Positions 39,601-51,981 of a stretch of DNA of 64,000 nt are shown piece by piece (the stretch's first letter is position 1; each line of letters opens with the position of its first letter). The notes beneath the pieces are model-generated. The model did not search any database, was not told the DNA's origin, and saw only the letters and a list, made by a program, of their open reading frames with translations. The position numbers were made by a program, and so were the translations under genes. Source of the stretch: Chrysomallon squamiferum (taxonomy: Eukaryota; Animalia; Mollusca); NCBI GenBank assembly GCA_012295275.1, contig CM022670.1, forward strand, positions 16,120,001 through 16,184,000, read 5' to 3'.

Positions 39601-41512
39601 TGTGTATTTTCAGTTTTAGAATCTCTTCTTTCTAGGATCTGGATGTTTTCAGAAGGTCCTAACATTTATTACCATTTTAAAAATGTTTATTTTCCCATTA
39701 AATATATTAAAACATCAAGTATTTAATTCAGCAATGATGGCATTAAAAAAAAAAAAAATGGTGCTGTTATTTTATTTTTATGAATTTCTACATTGTAGTT
39801 TATGTCACAACTAGAGAAATATACTTGTTCAATAAATAATTTATTTATTCTTGTAGATGATGCCATTTCTAATTATTATAAAAGAAAATATACTTAATGG
39901 AATGTGTAATGAAAGTAAAAAGACATTTTTATCTATATCTGCTAGTGTATGTATGTAAGATGTTATGTGCTATGAAACAACTAAAACAACATAATTCTGT
40001 TTGTAATGAAACAAATTCCAGTGAACTCTGTAAAATGATAACAATAAAAAATACTGCTGCAGTTAGGCTACATGCAAATAATATATCTAAAACACACACA
40101 CACACACAGACACACATGTGAGCTTTGCATTAACTGTATTTAGTACAGTTCACTATTCAGTATGTAAACAGGAACGAAATTCTGAACTTGGCAAAGACTA
40201 CTTCCTATTCTGCTTTACACAAATGTACAATATATATATATATTTATGTCTAAACCTTTAATGTATTCACTTTTATTCCTTTTATATACAATTACATTTA
40301 AAAAAAAGTACTTTAACTTTTTGTATGAAAATTTGAATACTTGATCAAATTTGGGTCTTTTCTCTAGTAATCTGTCTTCATTGTTTTTGTACAAAGGTGT
40401 GCAATCATTTCCCATGACATTTATCACTTTAAAAAGTTATTTATATAATATGTTACATGTAAAAGTGAAGCCAAACATTACTGAGAAGTATGTGAAAATA
40501 TGTTTTATCATGACTGATTGCTGGTCTGGATATTCCAACATCATAAAGTCATAAATGATTTCATAACCATGTAACAATGAATCATCCTCAATAGTTTGGT
40601 GGTAATTACAACATAATATGTGTATAAAAATTTTAATTAAAAAAATTTCTATTTTTATTATCTTTATCATTATTATATTTTTTCACATATACATATATAT
40701 ATTTTTTTTATTTCAGATCCAGAAATGGGTGCATGCACCAACTTAATTTAAAATATCCAGTGAATTAAATGAATTAAATAACAAAAACTAAATGTGGTAT
40801 TATTAAATAAAGCAAAAGTATTTATTAATTTTATTTATTTATTTTTTTTTGTTTAGAGACAGGGTTACACCATCACTTAAAAAAAATGTGTATTATTATT
40901 TGTTGCAAAAGTCTGACATCTAATTTGATATGTATTCAGTGAGACGAAAAGATAACAATACTGTTATTAATATATTTTAATAAAAATGTCACTTGGAAGT
41001 CAATACAGTCTTACCATTATAAATGGTTTGGCTAACGATTTCACATATATGGAACACTGAAAATGACTGGTGCATTATCTTATTTTAAAGCCTTAGCATG
41101 TATTTTATTTTCATAATTTACATCAACAATATTAATGCAAAGTATTATATTTTTTCAAAGCACAAAATGATATTTTTTCTAAATGAAGTTTAGAAAAAGG
41201 TACCAGAATAGACTGGAACTCTTTCCCACATTTATTTACCTTGTATACATCAGAAAAGAATCCTTCTCCAAGTTTCTCACAGATGAAGTCGTCAAGACGT
41301 GTCAGAGCTGACACAGCATGTCGCAGTGCTTGACATGAAGATTTGGGAGACACATGGACTGTGTTGGTTACTGACACTTCTCTTGGTAATGGTTCATCAC
41401 TATTTTTTTCCACTTGGAAGTTTCGCCTTTTCCCAATAGAATCCACAACACACGTCTTGCTCCTTCTCAGCATTGTTCGCTTAGTGCTCATTTTTATTAT
41501 TTCAGCTGTCAT
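17581..41512 (-). CDS. TESK: Dual-specificity testis-specific protein kinase (TESK1/2, Drosophila cdi type; LIMK/TESK family), 10 coding exons, ~671 aa as assembled
   Basis: join(41512-41240, 30316-30195, 27419-27371, 21435-21289, 20983-20898, 20098-20014, 19855-19772, 19323-19237, 18807-18702, 18557-17581). All introns GT-AG with consistent phases. Motifs: [19 protein letters not shown] (TESK N-terminal signature), [48 protein letters not shown]. No LIM/PDZ domains, so TESK rather than LIMK. Confidence 0.93.
18702..18807 (-). CDS. TESK: TESK coding exon 9
   Basis: tatag|[35 protein letters not shown]|gtgaga; 106 nt. Confidence 0.9.
19237..19323 (-). CDS. TESK: TESK coding exon 8
   Basis: gacag|[29 protein letters not shown]|gtttgt; 87 nt. 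Confidence 0.92.
19772..19855 (-). CDS. TESK: TESK coding exon 7
   Basis: tgcag|[28 protein letters not shown]|gtaatt; 84 nt. Confidence 0.93.
20014..20098 (-). CDS. TESK: TESK coding exon 6 (activation loop)
   Basis: tacag|[28 protein letters not shown]|gtttgt; 85 nt. Confidence 0.92.
20898..20983 (-). CDS. TESK: TESK coding exon 5 (DFG)
   Basis: tgcag|[28 protein letters not shown]|gtaagt; 86 nt. Confidence 0.92.
21289..21435 (-). CDS. TESK: TESK coding exon 4 (catalytic loop)
   Basis: tttag|[11 protein letters not shown]...[10 protein letters not shown]|gtaaac; 147 nt. Confidence 0.93.
21507..21699. repeat. Direct duplication of ~80 bp (2 copies ~115 bp apart) in TESK intron 3
   Basis: tttatatt.aacaaattattgcata..cagtg.aac.tgagacaggcttctggcat..ttttgagttatttgtgtgaaca occurs twice. 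Confidence 0.8.
22341..22554. mobile_element. Mariner-type MITE (214 bp) with ~75-bp terminal inverted repeats and TA target-site duplication
   Basis: TA|TTGGGTTGAGGAATAAATCATTTCGGTTAAATTACATTTAATCATTATACTGAAGAAAAC... pairs with ...GTTTTCTTCTGTGTAATGATTAAATATAACTTAACCGCAATGACTTATTCCTCAACCCAA|TA; a TTGGGTTG terminus is typical of mariner. Confidence 0.85.
24849..24912. repeat. 21-bp tandem repeat, 3 copies
   Basis: tgtcagactgtctcacactgt repeated. Confidence 0.85.
26390..26680. repeat. (GT)n/(GA)n compound microsatellite cluster
   Basis: Long (TG)n followed by (GA)n and degenerate copies. Confidence 0.9.
27371..27419 (-). CDS. TESK: TESK coding exon 3
   Basis: ttcag|[16 protein letters not shown]|gtaagt; 49 nt. 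Confidence 0.92.
30195..30316 (-). CDS. TESK: TESK coding exon 2
   Basis: tatag|[40 protein letters not shown](R)|gtcagt; 122 nt; not in ORF track. Confidence 0.92.
34755..34800. repeat. (CG)8(CA)15 compound microsatellite
   Basis: Read directly; 46 bp of alternating purine-pyrimidine. Confidence 0.95.
41240..41512 (-). CDS. TESK: TESK coding exon 1
   Basis: tttccag|A-ATG; MTAEII...[11 protein letters not shown]|gtaaat; 273 nt. Confidence 0.9.
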
Positions 41513-42088
41513 TCTGGAAATATATTTAACATTAAAATATTTGTAATTTATTATTACTTTTTTTTTTTTTTTTTTATTGTTGTTTATTCTACCGTTATAC
41601 TGATCAATAAATGAAACTGAAGTTTAATTGTATTAATAAAGAACCAACGAACGATTTACACCTGTGAAAAATTACTGTAATTTAGAATAAACTAGATTTA
41701 TGTTTTGTACAGTTTGAAATGAATAGCTCAATAGGAAAATAATGGAACTGAACGGAAATTTTTAAAAAGAGTATCTGTCACTCAAGGATCTACTCTAGTT
41801 CAAATCGCTCAGCTGTAGTTAAAAATAATAACAAACGAGAGAAACGCTCAAACAGGTAATAGAAAAATGTTTAAGCAAATCCAAAACATTAAATAATAAC
41901 CAACACTATTAAAGTTAAATGAATCAAAACAAATAGTTTATTGAGTTATACTTTATAGTTATAGTTATACTGATGTATATTTTCTGTGAACACCAACAGT
42001 AAGAGTAACACTACCAAAATGGCAAAATGCAATAGAAACTCAACACTGCACCTGTTTGATAAATCAAAATGTATAATATTAAGATTAC

Positions 42089-42320
42089 CTCACTGACAGG
42101 AACACTTTTCATTGATATACTTCACAACGAAAGCTCTGTTTTCGTTACATTTCAAAATCATCTGCAGTTCAGCAGAGCATATCCAATCAGTAATCCGTTT
42201 ACCATCATCTTCTCTAAAACCCGGCAGGTCAGTCCATTTCACATGGATTGATAAACATAACTTCGCAAAGCATTATGGGTATAATTATAGAATACTACTC
42301 TCTACACCGCCAATGGATAT
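42089..42320 (-). promoter_or_regulatory. Candidate TESK non-coding first exon / promoter region
   Basis: Minus-strand donor GAG|gtaatc at 42089/42088; CpG content rises over 42100-42700; the acceptor 1 nt before the ATG requires an upstream exon. The 5' end is only approximate. Confidence 0.45.
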
Positions 42321-42543
42321 TCAAACACTAGATAACGTGGAAATACTTTTTTTTTTGTACATCGTTAGATTTTTAAACAAAATAAATATTGTCTTAAATA
42401 TCAGGAAAATACATCGACGACATAAAGCACATCAACATCATCAATAATATTAATAATAATAAAGAACCCAGCTATTTAAAAAAAAAAAAAAAAGATAAAT
42501 ATTTTCCTTTTTAAATAATTTATGATGATGGTGATGATGATTA

Positions 42544-42599
<56 letters not shown>

Positions 42600-42750
42600 T
42601 TAATTTCGGCCTATACTCTTTACATGGTGCATCTACGCGATCGAGTGATCTACACCGAGCAAATTCCGTATTAATGTATGATCTATGCGCTTATTTTAAT
42701 TATTGTTTTGTTTATTCTTGTTTTTTTTATTATTATTTTTCACGGCATGA

Positions 42751-42787
<37 letters not shown>

Positions 42788-44607
42788 TTATATATTTATA
42801 ATTTATAGGAACAAAGCCTAAAAAGTATACAAATTTGAATAATTTTATCGATGAATTGAGCGAACATCTGCTAGAAATGCAAGAAAAATATCAACATTCT
42901 TCCTCATCTGTAGCCAATAGAAATACTCAAGGTGTGATTGGAAGGTTATTTGATTCATTCCTCTCATCTTTTTCAAAATACGAATTTTCAAATCTAACCA
43001 GGTTCTATTCGTCGGAATGAATAACCGAATCTTCCGCAACTTCTCTTTGAATCACAGAGTGGAATACAAATGACCTACCAACTCGTATATCTATTCAGAA
43101 ATGAAAGTTTTCCTGGATGTGATGTTCTTATATATGTATTGTGCATTGATCTTAAAGGATTTTAAGACCTTCCTCTTATCTTATAGAAATTTCCAAGATA
43201 TTTATTTTTTGCTTTTTTTTTTAATTGTTAGATCACACGCCAAAGTAGTACTTTTTATATTGTGAATAGTTTAATTCTACCTCTTTTTAGCAGAGGTTCT
43301 GCTTAATAGTTTGCTGTTATTTTTGTTGTTGTTTGTTTAAAATGGACATGGGGTAACAAAAAAAAAATGAAAAAAGACATAAAATTGAATAAACCAATCA
43401 GCACTTGTTAAATCAGTCAAATACAAAAATGACACAGGCAGCCATAAAGATGTTCCTTTTATCTGTAACTAGTCTAATGAGAAATGCTCCGATCTATTTT
43501 TGTAAGTTATCTCAATTTCCACTTTACAAAGAAATGAACGTTTAAATTAGTATAATCTTTTTTTCATAATGGAAAGTGGGAACATGTATTGATTTCAGAC
43601 GAATTTTATATTTCATCGCAGAAATGCTGAAAGACTTCATCATGGAGAACGGCATGATAAGGAAATGGAAGTGTTGTTATTTAGAGCAGAATCTGTAATG
43701 ATCTAAAAACACCTTTGTATGTATAATATGGAATACTGATAGTCCAGTATTACACAGAAGTATTGAAAAATGTTGTCATAGTCTTTTTTCTGCCTCACCA
43801 AAAGGGATATTATAGGACGAGGTTTTTATAAGGACAGCTCCACAGTATTCAATATCTTGGACAGGTACTGTTAAAGAAATGGCAGAATCTTATTCAGAAA
43901 CGGATTCTGATTTTTGGTTTTGCAGTTTATATTTTCATAGCTGAATACAATAAACTAGAGTAAAAAAATGAAAATAAAATTTTGTATTAATATACAGAAA
44001 TCTGTACGTATTATACCCAGTGCTTTTTTGGTGGCATTCATAAATCCAACTGACAGTGACTTTTCAGGGGCATCGGTGATATAATGCCAAACTGGATTAT
44101 CTCCCTTGAATATATTTTATTGCTTGTAACAGATGCTTAGCAAGGATGTTTCTTTCCCAGTTTCTTTAATGTGCATATTATTACTTAGTATTTTCTACTT
44201 CTTTTATTCACTAATTTATATATTTTTTATTTCCCAGATATTTAAAATAAATAAATAAATAAATAAATAAATTTTCCATATCGCCAAAATATCCCAAATC
44301 TGATTGCTTTTGATCACGTTAGAAAAATTGTTGCACAAATAAAATTAAATATCTGATCTGTAAGAAAAACAAATTTTGCAAAGGAAAAATATTCATTTTG
44401 GCTGCCTGATGGAGTTTTTGAATATATTTTTCGTCGGAAAAACCACTTTTAGAACAGCAAAAAAACAAAAACAATCAGTAGCGACACAATTGAGAAATAT
44501 ATATACTAAAATAAACTATATTACTAAAAAGGTTTTTTTTTTTTTTTTCTTCTTGTGGAATTTTAAAAGCTGGCAAACAACTATGCTAGTTCTGGAGGTG
44601 GTGCATG

Positions 44608-44665
44608 TAGGGCCGGTGCAAGCCTATTTGATACCCTAGGCAAGTTTAGATTCTGGCGCCCTCAG
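44608..44665 (+). mobile_element. Orphan hAT (Tip100-like) terminal fragment
   Basis: (t)AGGGCCGGTGCAAGCCTATTTGATACCCTAGGCAAG...GGCGCCC resembles the CAGGGCCGG...GCCCTAGGCAA termini of hAT MITEs; no partner end seen. Confidence 0.4.
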
Positions 44666-45119
44666 GAAAATATCAGTTTCAAAATTTATAAACTATAAAT
44701 AAATAAATAAATAAAAATTTGAGCACAGATTTAAACAAATAATAATAATAAAATTTAAAACAAAATTACCCCTCTGTACTAAAATATCCGGACACCCCCC
44801 CAAAAACACTACTTGATACTATTTTATTACCAAAATTAAGACAAGAATAAACAAACATAAAGACAGACATTTGTGTTAAACTAACAGCATAATGGACAGT
44901 TAAATACACCTGAAACCACATTTGGCTGAGGGATAAATAAATGTAGACATTTAAAAAAGGCACACGAGTCATTTCTTTCCTTTTTTATACGATTAAAATA
45001 AGGAGTTACTGCCCTCTGTTTGGTTTCCGCGGCAAACCGAAGGTTTCGTATACGCATGATTCTACGAAAATTGCGAAAAGAACGATTTTGTCACGTTGGG
45101 CTTACCTGTAATTATAATA

Positions 45120-45838
45120 TAATACTCAAAAGAAGTTAAGGGTAAACATTAAACAAATGAAAATAATTACTAAAATTGTCCTAATGGAGAAAGTTTGATT
45201 GTACACATGTAGTAAAAATGTCAGTGATTTCCATTAGCCACTATTAGCGTTTTCTTTGTTCTGGCGCATGCTAATAACTAGGCGTTGGAAATAACGCTGA
45301 GAACTGTCATTCTGCAACCCGATAATTTGTACTGTCACAAAATGCAAATCCATTATCAAAAAAAAACGGTCTTCTCGTGCTGTTGTTGATAATCTTCCAG
45401 AATTTATTTCAATTTAGTTGTTTTGAATCTTTTTCAGAAACTTTTGATTTGATTTTGAGTCACAGATCTTTGAGTGTGTCCATCTCCTAGCCAGCCAATG
45501 GACATCCTTCCCTGAAACTGAATTGTCGTCGAACCATCTTCAAATTTGGATGATTGACAGTGCTCGATAATTGCTAAAACTGGCATGCATTGAAATACAC
45601 TCATGCTAAGCACGTGCAAATAGTGCACAAGGTGTCCCAAAGGGTGTACTGAGGCAACTTGTCAGTTAGAAATCTGGGTTAACTTAAAAGTTTCTAAAGA
45701 TGCCCCTTAATAATGTGATATCTTTATCCAAATGACAACAAAAAGGTTAATATTTTAACAATACCTGGCCTAAAAAAAAAACATACTTCCAAAATTGATC
45801 AAAACGTTCCCTTGATCCTTAACTTCTTTTAAGTAGTT
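45120..45838 (-). mobile_element. Internally deleted, degenerate Tc1/mariner DNA transposon (~720 bp)
   Basis: TIRs TA|TAATACTCAAAAGAAGTTAAGGGTAAA and TTGATCCTTAACTTCTTTTAAGTAGTT|TA (22/27 match). Minus-strand frameshifted transposase relics from ATG 45537: MVRRQ, (GR)MSIGWLGDGHTQRSV, GRLSTTAREDRF (HTH and GRPR region), then C-terminal QRYFQRLVISMRQ. The DDE core is missing. Confidence 0.85.
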
Positions 45839-45854
45839 TATAATTTGTCATTTG

Positions 45855-45889
<35 letters not shown>

Positions 45890-47086
45890 TGTTTTTCTAT
45901 TTTGTTTGTCAAACAGATAGTAGATATACTGCATTTCAGTTAAGACTTTTCACAATTTAAATGGTTATTATTTAGTTTTTAAATAATTATTATTATTTAT
46001 CTTATTTCCTAAAATGGAGTAATAATTTCAGGAAATTTCTTTTTCAATATCAAGAAATAACATCATTCAAATATTAGATACAGTATAAAATTAGATAAAA
46101 TAGACATCTTTAAATATATAGATATTTCCTCCTAATTGGTTCATTTTAGATGAAAATTTACATATTATTTTTTGTTTGGGGGGGTGTGTTGTTTTTTGTG
46201 TGTGTGCTTTGTGAGTGTGTGTGTGTGTGTGTGTTTTTGTGACGAGTTTTGTTCTTGTTTAAAAGTTACAATTCATTAAATAGATAATTTGTTTTAGTTA
46301 AATATGTACTAAAACTGTAGTGGTAGAATTCAAAAAAAAATAAACATTGCCCATTGGTCTTGTTGACCAAAAAATAAAAATAAAAATTTTAAAAAAAATT
46401 TAAAAAATTAAAAAAATTAAAAAATTAAAAATTAAAAGTAAAATAAAATAAATTCTAAAAATCTTTGCGTTCAGTCATTAAAATTCAAAATTTAAACTGT
46501 CTGTGTCTGTATATATGTGTATTTATATGTATGTATGGATGTACGTATCGTTCTTATATTTTTATAGCATTCTTGTTATTATTTAAACGAAAACGTATTT
46601 AATAGTTTTACAGTATAGTTTGAAGAACATTCATCAGATGAGAATCCAAGAAAAGGGAATAGGATTTAATACCGAGGGGCGAGGGGCACATATACCCATT
46701 CACAAAAAAAAAAAAAAAAAATAAAATAAAATAACCCAAAGAAAGGTTATCGGTAAACAGTCAGTTATTTTTTTAAATGCTAAATTTGTTCTTCTTTTTT
46801 TCTCAAAAATTGTTTTTGGTCTGTGTGTATGTGTATTGATGACACTCGGTTTTGGGGATTTGTGGAAATCCGGACCGAATCGGGAAAAATTTCCCACTCG
46901 AAATTTTACCACTTGGTATTATTAAGTTATTCTGAGTTGCACTATCCAGTAACTATAATCATCTCTCAACCCACTTTCCATCAAGGCAAGAGTAAATTTT
47001 ACGTTTGCACCCATGAACATCCTCACCTAATAAATTTCACCCAGCCTAACCTACATTTTTTTTACTGCGCATACATACGTACATAC

Positions 47087-47123
<37 letters not shown>

Positions 47124-47620
47124 TTGTTTTACATATACTATATGACATTTGTTTACAATGCCTCAGTGTCTGTATATTTCTGTCATATTATTATATTACT
47201 ATATCACATAGCTGTTATATGTGCTAAAGTTTAATGTTTTGGCAAATTTTAAGTTTACATTCGTTACTTTCCGGACCGGTGTAATTCTATTAGTCCGTGA
47301 AACAGAGGGTCAGCAGTATAGCCTAGATCTATATCTATCTATCTGTTTTTTTTTCTTATGGCTGTTTCCTGCTTATCCCACCTTTTATTCATTTTCATTT
47401 GTGGTCAAGTAAATTATTATCGTTATTAATGACGGTAATAATATTTTTAGTTATTTTATTTAGGGGATAAAATATGTATGTGTGTATGTGTATGTAAAAC
47501 AAATAAATTTATGAACAAATAAAATTAAAGTGTATCACAATGGTATTCATATATCTCTATTGTTTTTGTTGACGGCCTTTTTATTTGTTCTAGTTTTAAA
47601 ATTTGCCTTTACATCAAAAA

Positions 47621-47652
<32 letters not shown>

Positions 47653-47779
47653 AGCTTTTGTCAAAATACAATCTATTAATTATTTTATTAACACGATTCG
47701 ATATAAATCATTTTCCCTAGCAGAGCGATGACTGTCAGAATCGAATCCTTATTTTGGTTATTCTCTTTTGCATGTTCAA

Positions 47780-47910
47780 TTTATCCCGCCAAACAGTTGA
47801 TCCAAAAGTCGTCCCCGGCGACGGCTCTTGTAAACGATTGGTTGAATGTTGATCACGTGCAAGTATTTATCCTTTTATCTGTTTCAATTGGACGTCAAAA
47901 CAAATTGGTG
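47780..47910 (+). promoter_or_regulatory. Putative Cdc14 promoter with E2F, Myb-like, CCAAT (NF-Y) and E-box motifs
   Basis: TCCCGCCAAA (reverse complement TTTGGCGGGA) 47784-47793; CAGTTG 47794-47799; ATTGG at 47837, 47887, 47904; CACGTG 47854-47859; CpG-rich island ~47700-48600. Confidence 0.55.
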
Positions 47911-48121
47911 ATACGGTGTTATATTTATTTCACGATATTTACAAGGGAAGAACATTATTATTACTACAGCAAAAGTAACTAATTGTTCGTTAAGCATTCG
48001 TGTTTATTCGTACTGCCACGGATCCAGGATTTTTTCCCAGGCAGACCGTAATTAAGCCTACCTACACGGACTATAGTAAAAATCTCAGCTTCTCAACATC
48101 GGCGATCGTCTTGAAGTCGTG

Positions 48122-48167
48122 ATGAATAAACTCGACACAGTTGGGAGTATCTGTGAATTTATTCCAG
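48122..48167 (+). CDS. CDC14: Cdc14 exon 1
   Basis: [15 protein letters not shown]|gtgaat (compare human CDC14A GACEFMK). Confidence 0.8.
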
Positions 48168-48782
48168 GTGAATTTTGATAAATAATGATAATCATGCGTC
48201 GATTTCATTTGCTAAGACCAAGACGTCAAAATTAAGTATTATTAAAAAGAACTTTCACACGATTCAGTCATTACCCCCCTTTTTGTTTTCTTGTTTTTTT
48301 AATACTAATAAAGAAATAATGGATAACCATCTTGTTAAGATAGCTTTTACTGACTTATTTTATTATTACTTCTTTTTCAATACTGCTAGTGTAGTTACAA
48401 AAATGTCAAATGTTACCTATGGTAAGACAGCCAACATGTTACTGTTGTAACCGGTGTCCATGCAAAAACGGTTCCATGCAACCCAAACAAGTCTAGTGAG
48501 CGACGCCGATCAATTTTTCGGAAGAAAGTATATGTCTCTTTATATATTTATTTTTATTTTATAAACAGAAGTTACATATTTTTCCAATAATAGATCGGTG
48601 CCGTTCACGAGAATTGTTTTGTTTACAAGTAACACTTATTTCAGTTACAGAAATGGACACCCACTTAGGACAAAAAAAAGAAGTTAAAAATGGAAAGTGT
48701 GACCAATAAACATGCTTTTCGAGACTTAATTTTGGTACAAAGATTTTAAATCAGTCACAGAGAGACCAAAAAAAAAAAAAAA

Positions 48783-48815
<33 letters not shown>

Positions 48816-51800
48816 TAAAAAAAATCAAAAAAAATAAAAATAAAAAATAAAAATAAAATAAAATAAATAATAAATAATAATAATATTAATAATAATTAAA
48901 TAAAATTAAAAATTTCCTCAGCCCTGATTTAAAGAGTTCTTTCCCATACTTTAAATAAGATTAAAAATAATTTGAAAGACAATAAATTGTTTTACAAATT
49001 ATTATTTTTAAAAATCTACATTCTGATAGTTTAAAGGCCCATTACTTTTGTTTTCACTGTTAAGATTAGTTGTAGTTAAAAAACAAGAAAGAAATAGAAT
49101 TCTTAAACACGTACTGTTAAAATAGTTTAATAACTTATAATTACTACATACTTACATCAAATTATGTGCTGTGCCTTTTTTTCTCTTTTTTTTCAGAGTC
49201 TGGCAACAGAAGCAATATTACATATGATTTTTATTTTACAGAACATTTGTATTTTGTAAGCTTAAAGAAGAAGCCAAAACCGACCTCAGGAATTTATTAT
49301 TTCTGTACTGATAGGGAGTTCATGTATGACAGGCAAGTATAAAAATTTATGATCTGGTTAAATAACTTAGTGGTTTTTTTAGTATTCTTTCTGTGTAGTG
49401 CTGGTTATTGTTTATAAGTAGAAATTGATCATTTAAATGATTCGAAGATGGAACTTAAAAAGTACATTTTATTGTCAGATAAAATCTGAATTATTATATT
49501 GTCAATATTTAAAAGCTTGTATATCATAAAGCCAAATAATTATTTTAACACTTGTTTCAGGCAAATTTTAAATTGATGTGTCAAATAGACATGATTAGCT
49601 TTTCTAGTATGGTTTGCACAAAATCTGACTGATCTTTACAAAATCTTTTCTTAAATGTAATTTTCTTCAGGATTACATACTGTATAATAGTTTCTACAAC
49701 TATATCCAAAAACTGATGATGAAATTAATGAAATATTTGATTTCTCAAAAAAGAAAGAAATACAAGCATGTACTCTATATATACGACTAATAAAATGCTT
49801 AATTCATCAGTCTGAAATTGCACTTTTATAAGCATGATCACTTGACATTATTTGGACTGTTATTCTCTCTTAATTGCTAGTAGTTACTTTAAATAATAAG
49901 AAAAAAAAAAATAATTATATTTGTCAGTGACAAGAATAATGTCATAACAAAAGGTTTTTTGAAAGGATTTGATTAATGAGCATGTAGTGCGATAGACTTA
50001 AAAAATAGGGAGAAGTGAGAAATGATAAACTTTAGGGGGTAGTAAGACTTTGTGAAGAAGAAATCAGACAAAAAAGCCAAATGTGTTTAAAAACCAAATA
50101 TTTATTTTAACACAACACAGATCTTTGAACATGTCAATGAACAGTTGAATACTTTGGTGGTCAGTGACTATAAATGTTTCAGATTTTATCTTTCTTCCAG
50201 TTTTTTCAGAGCCTTGATGAAATCAAAACAAACAATGCCTGATCCAAGTCATTCAGTGTATTATTCAGTTGTATTCTCATCTTTACTTACAATTACTTAC
50301 AGTATGGTACCTCAGACACCTCTCGCATAGTTTTGTAAATTGAAATCTCTACTGTCCATCTAGTTATGTGCAGACATTTATTATGTCCATCTCAGTTAAT
50401 GTAATTTTTATACAAGTTTTATGATAGAACTGCTTTTATTGTTAATTTCTAATTACAACAGAATGGTGCATTTTTGCAGCTGTTCAGAGAGCTCATTACA
50501 TGATGGTCTTCTATCTGACTAGCTAGTGATAAACATCCATCTCTAGTCCTTGGTCATAAAAACACAGTCTGTATCAATAAAGTGAATACTGTGAGAAAGT
50601 TCAGAATTTGAAATTTTCATTGAAACAAAAATAAACTGTTAATAATCTTTATTAATAATCTTGTGACTGAAAGCAGTGAAACTGGAAAATTCGTCAGCAT
50701 TATTTTTGAAATTTTCATTGAAACAAAAATAAACTTAATAATCTTTGTTAATAATCTTGGTGACTGAAAGCAGTAAAACTGGAAAATTTGTCAGCATTAT
50801 TTTTGAAATTTTCATTGAAACAAAAATAAACTGTTAATAATCTTGGTGACTGAAAGCAGTGAAACTGGAAAAGTAGTCAACATTATTTTTGTGATTTATA
50901 TATTATGCCTCTTGCACAATAAAATATTTAATAGATAATTTAATGTAAATAAAGTCTGCTAGCCAATCACATGATCGTTGGGTTAAAAGTACTACAATGA
51001 GTACTACAAAAGGGCAAATATTTTGCCCTAGTCACCCTGTAACATGAACTCTGAGTAATACATTTCAGTTTAAATTCTCTCTGAAATAAGAGAATTCATG
51101 TTTAAGAATATTAATAATGATATCTTCAAATTTGCACTGTAGTAAGGAAATTTTATTCTAAATATATATGAAGTAGCTGGGTCATATCTGTGGACATCGT
51201 TCATCACAGCTCAAAGAAATGATGGCAGAAACACTTGCATTACTGAACACTAAAAATTTATTTATTTTTTGTCACAGATAAACCAAATTATTTATTCACT
51301 AATATGGTTTATGATTTCTGATTTCTAAAATTCTCTATTAAAACTAAATTTGATCCCAAATTTAATAATATTGATTTACCAGCTTTTGTATTTGAATTGT
51401 TTGCTTATTATTATTATTTCATTGCTTTGTTTCAGGTTCAACTTTGACTTTGGGCCTCTAAATTTAGGACTTGTTTTTAGATTTTGTTGCAAGTTGGAGA
51501 GCTTACTAGATGTAAGAATTTACATAGAATAAGCCAAGATAATCACATGAACTTTTACTCAGAATTACAAATCTTTACAGGGTCTTGGTGTGAATATAGT
51601 TTTATATTTTGTATGTGGTTCTTAGTATTCTTTTTAAAAGTTTAAAATAAAAATAATTTATGAATCACAATACTTAATAGTTTATTATTTTGTTTTCAGT
51701 GTTTGCCACTGGCAAATCACAAAATTGTGTATTATACCAGGTGCAGTGCAAAAACACGTGCCAATGCAGCCTTTCTGATTGGCTGTTATGCTGTAAGTAT

Positions 51801-51948
51801 ATATCGTATATATTCTATTTTGGACTAAGATGCTGTTAATAATGTAAACTGTATTAGGATACAAGTTTGATATGAATGCAAATCGTATGATTATTCAATC
51901 ATAATTTATGAATGGAAAAATGTCATGCATATAATGCAGATTTGGTTG

Positions 51949-51981
<33 letters not shown>

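Noticed and set aside
17581-41512. Calling the kinase LIMK
   Set aside because: No LIM or PDZ exons; the kinase domain is N-terminal and has TESK-type HRDLTSKN and GSPYW.
44767-44800. taccctctgtactaaaatatccggacacccccc resembling a Tc1 TIR
   Set aside because: No matching inverted partner or transposase found; too short to call.
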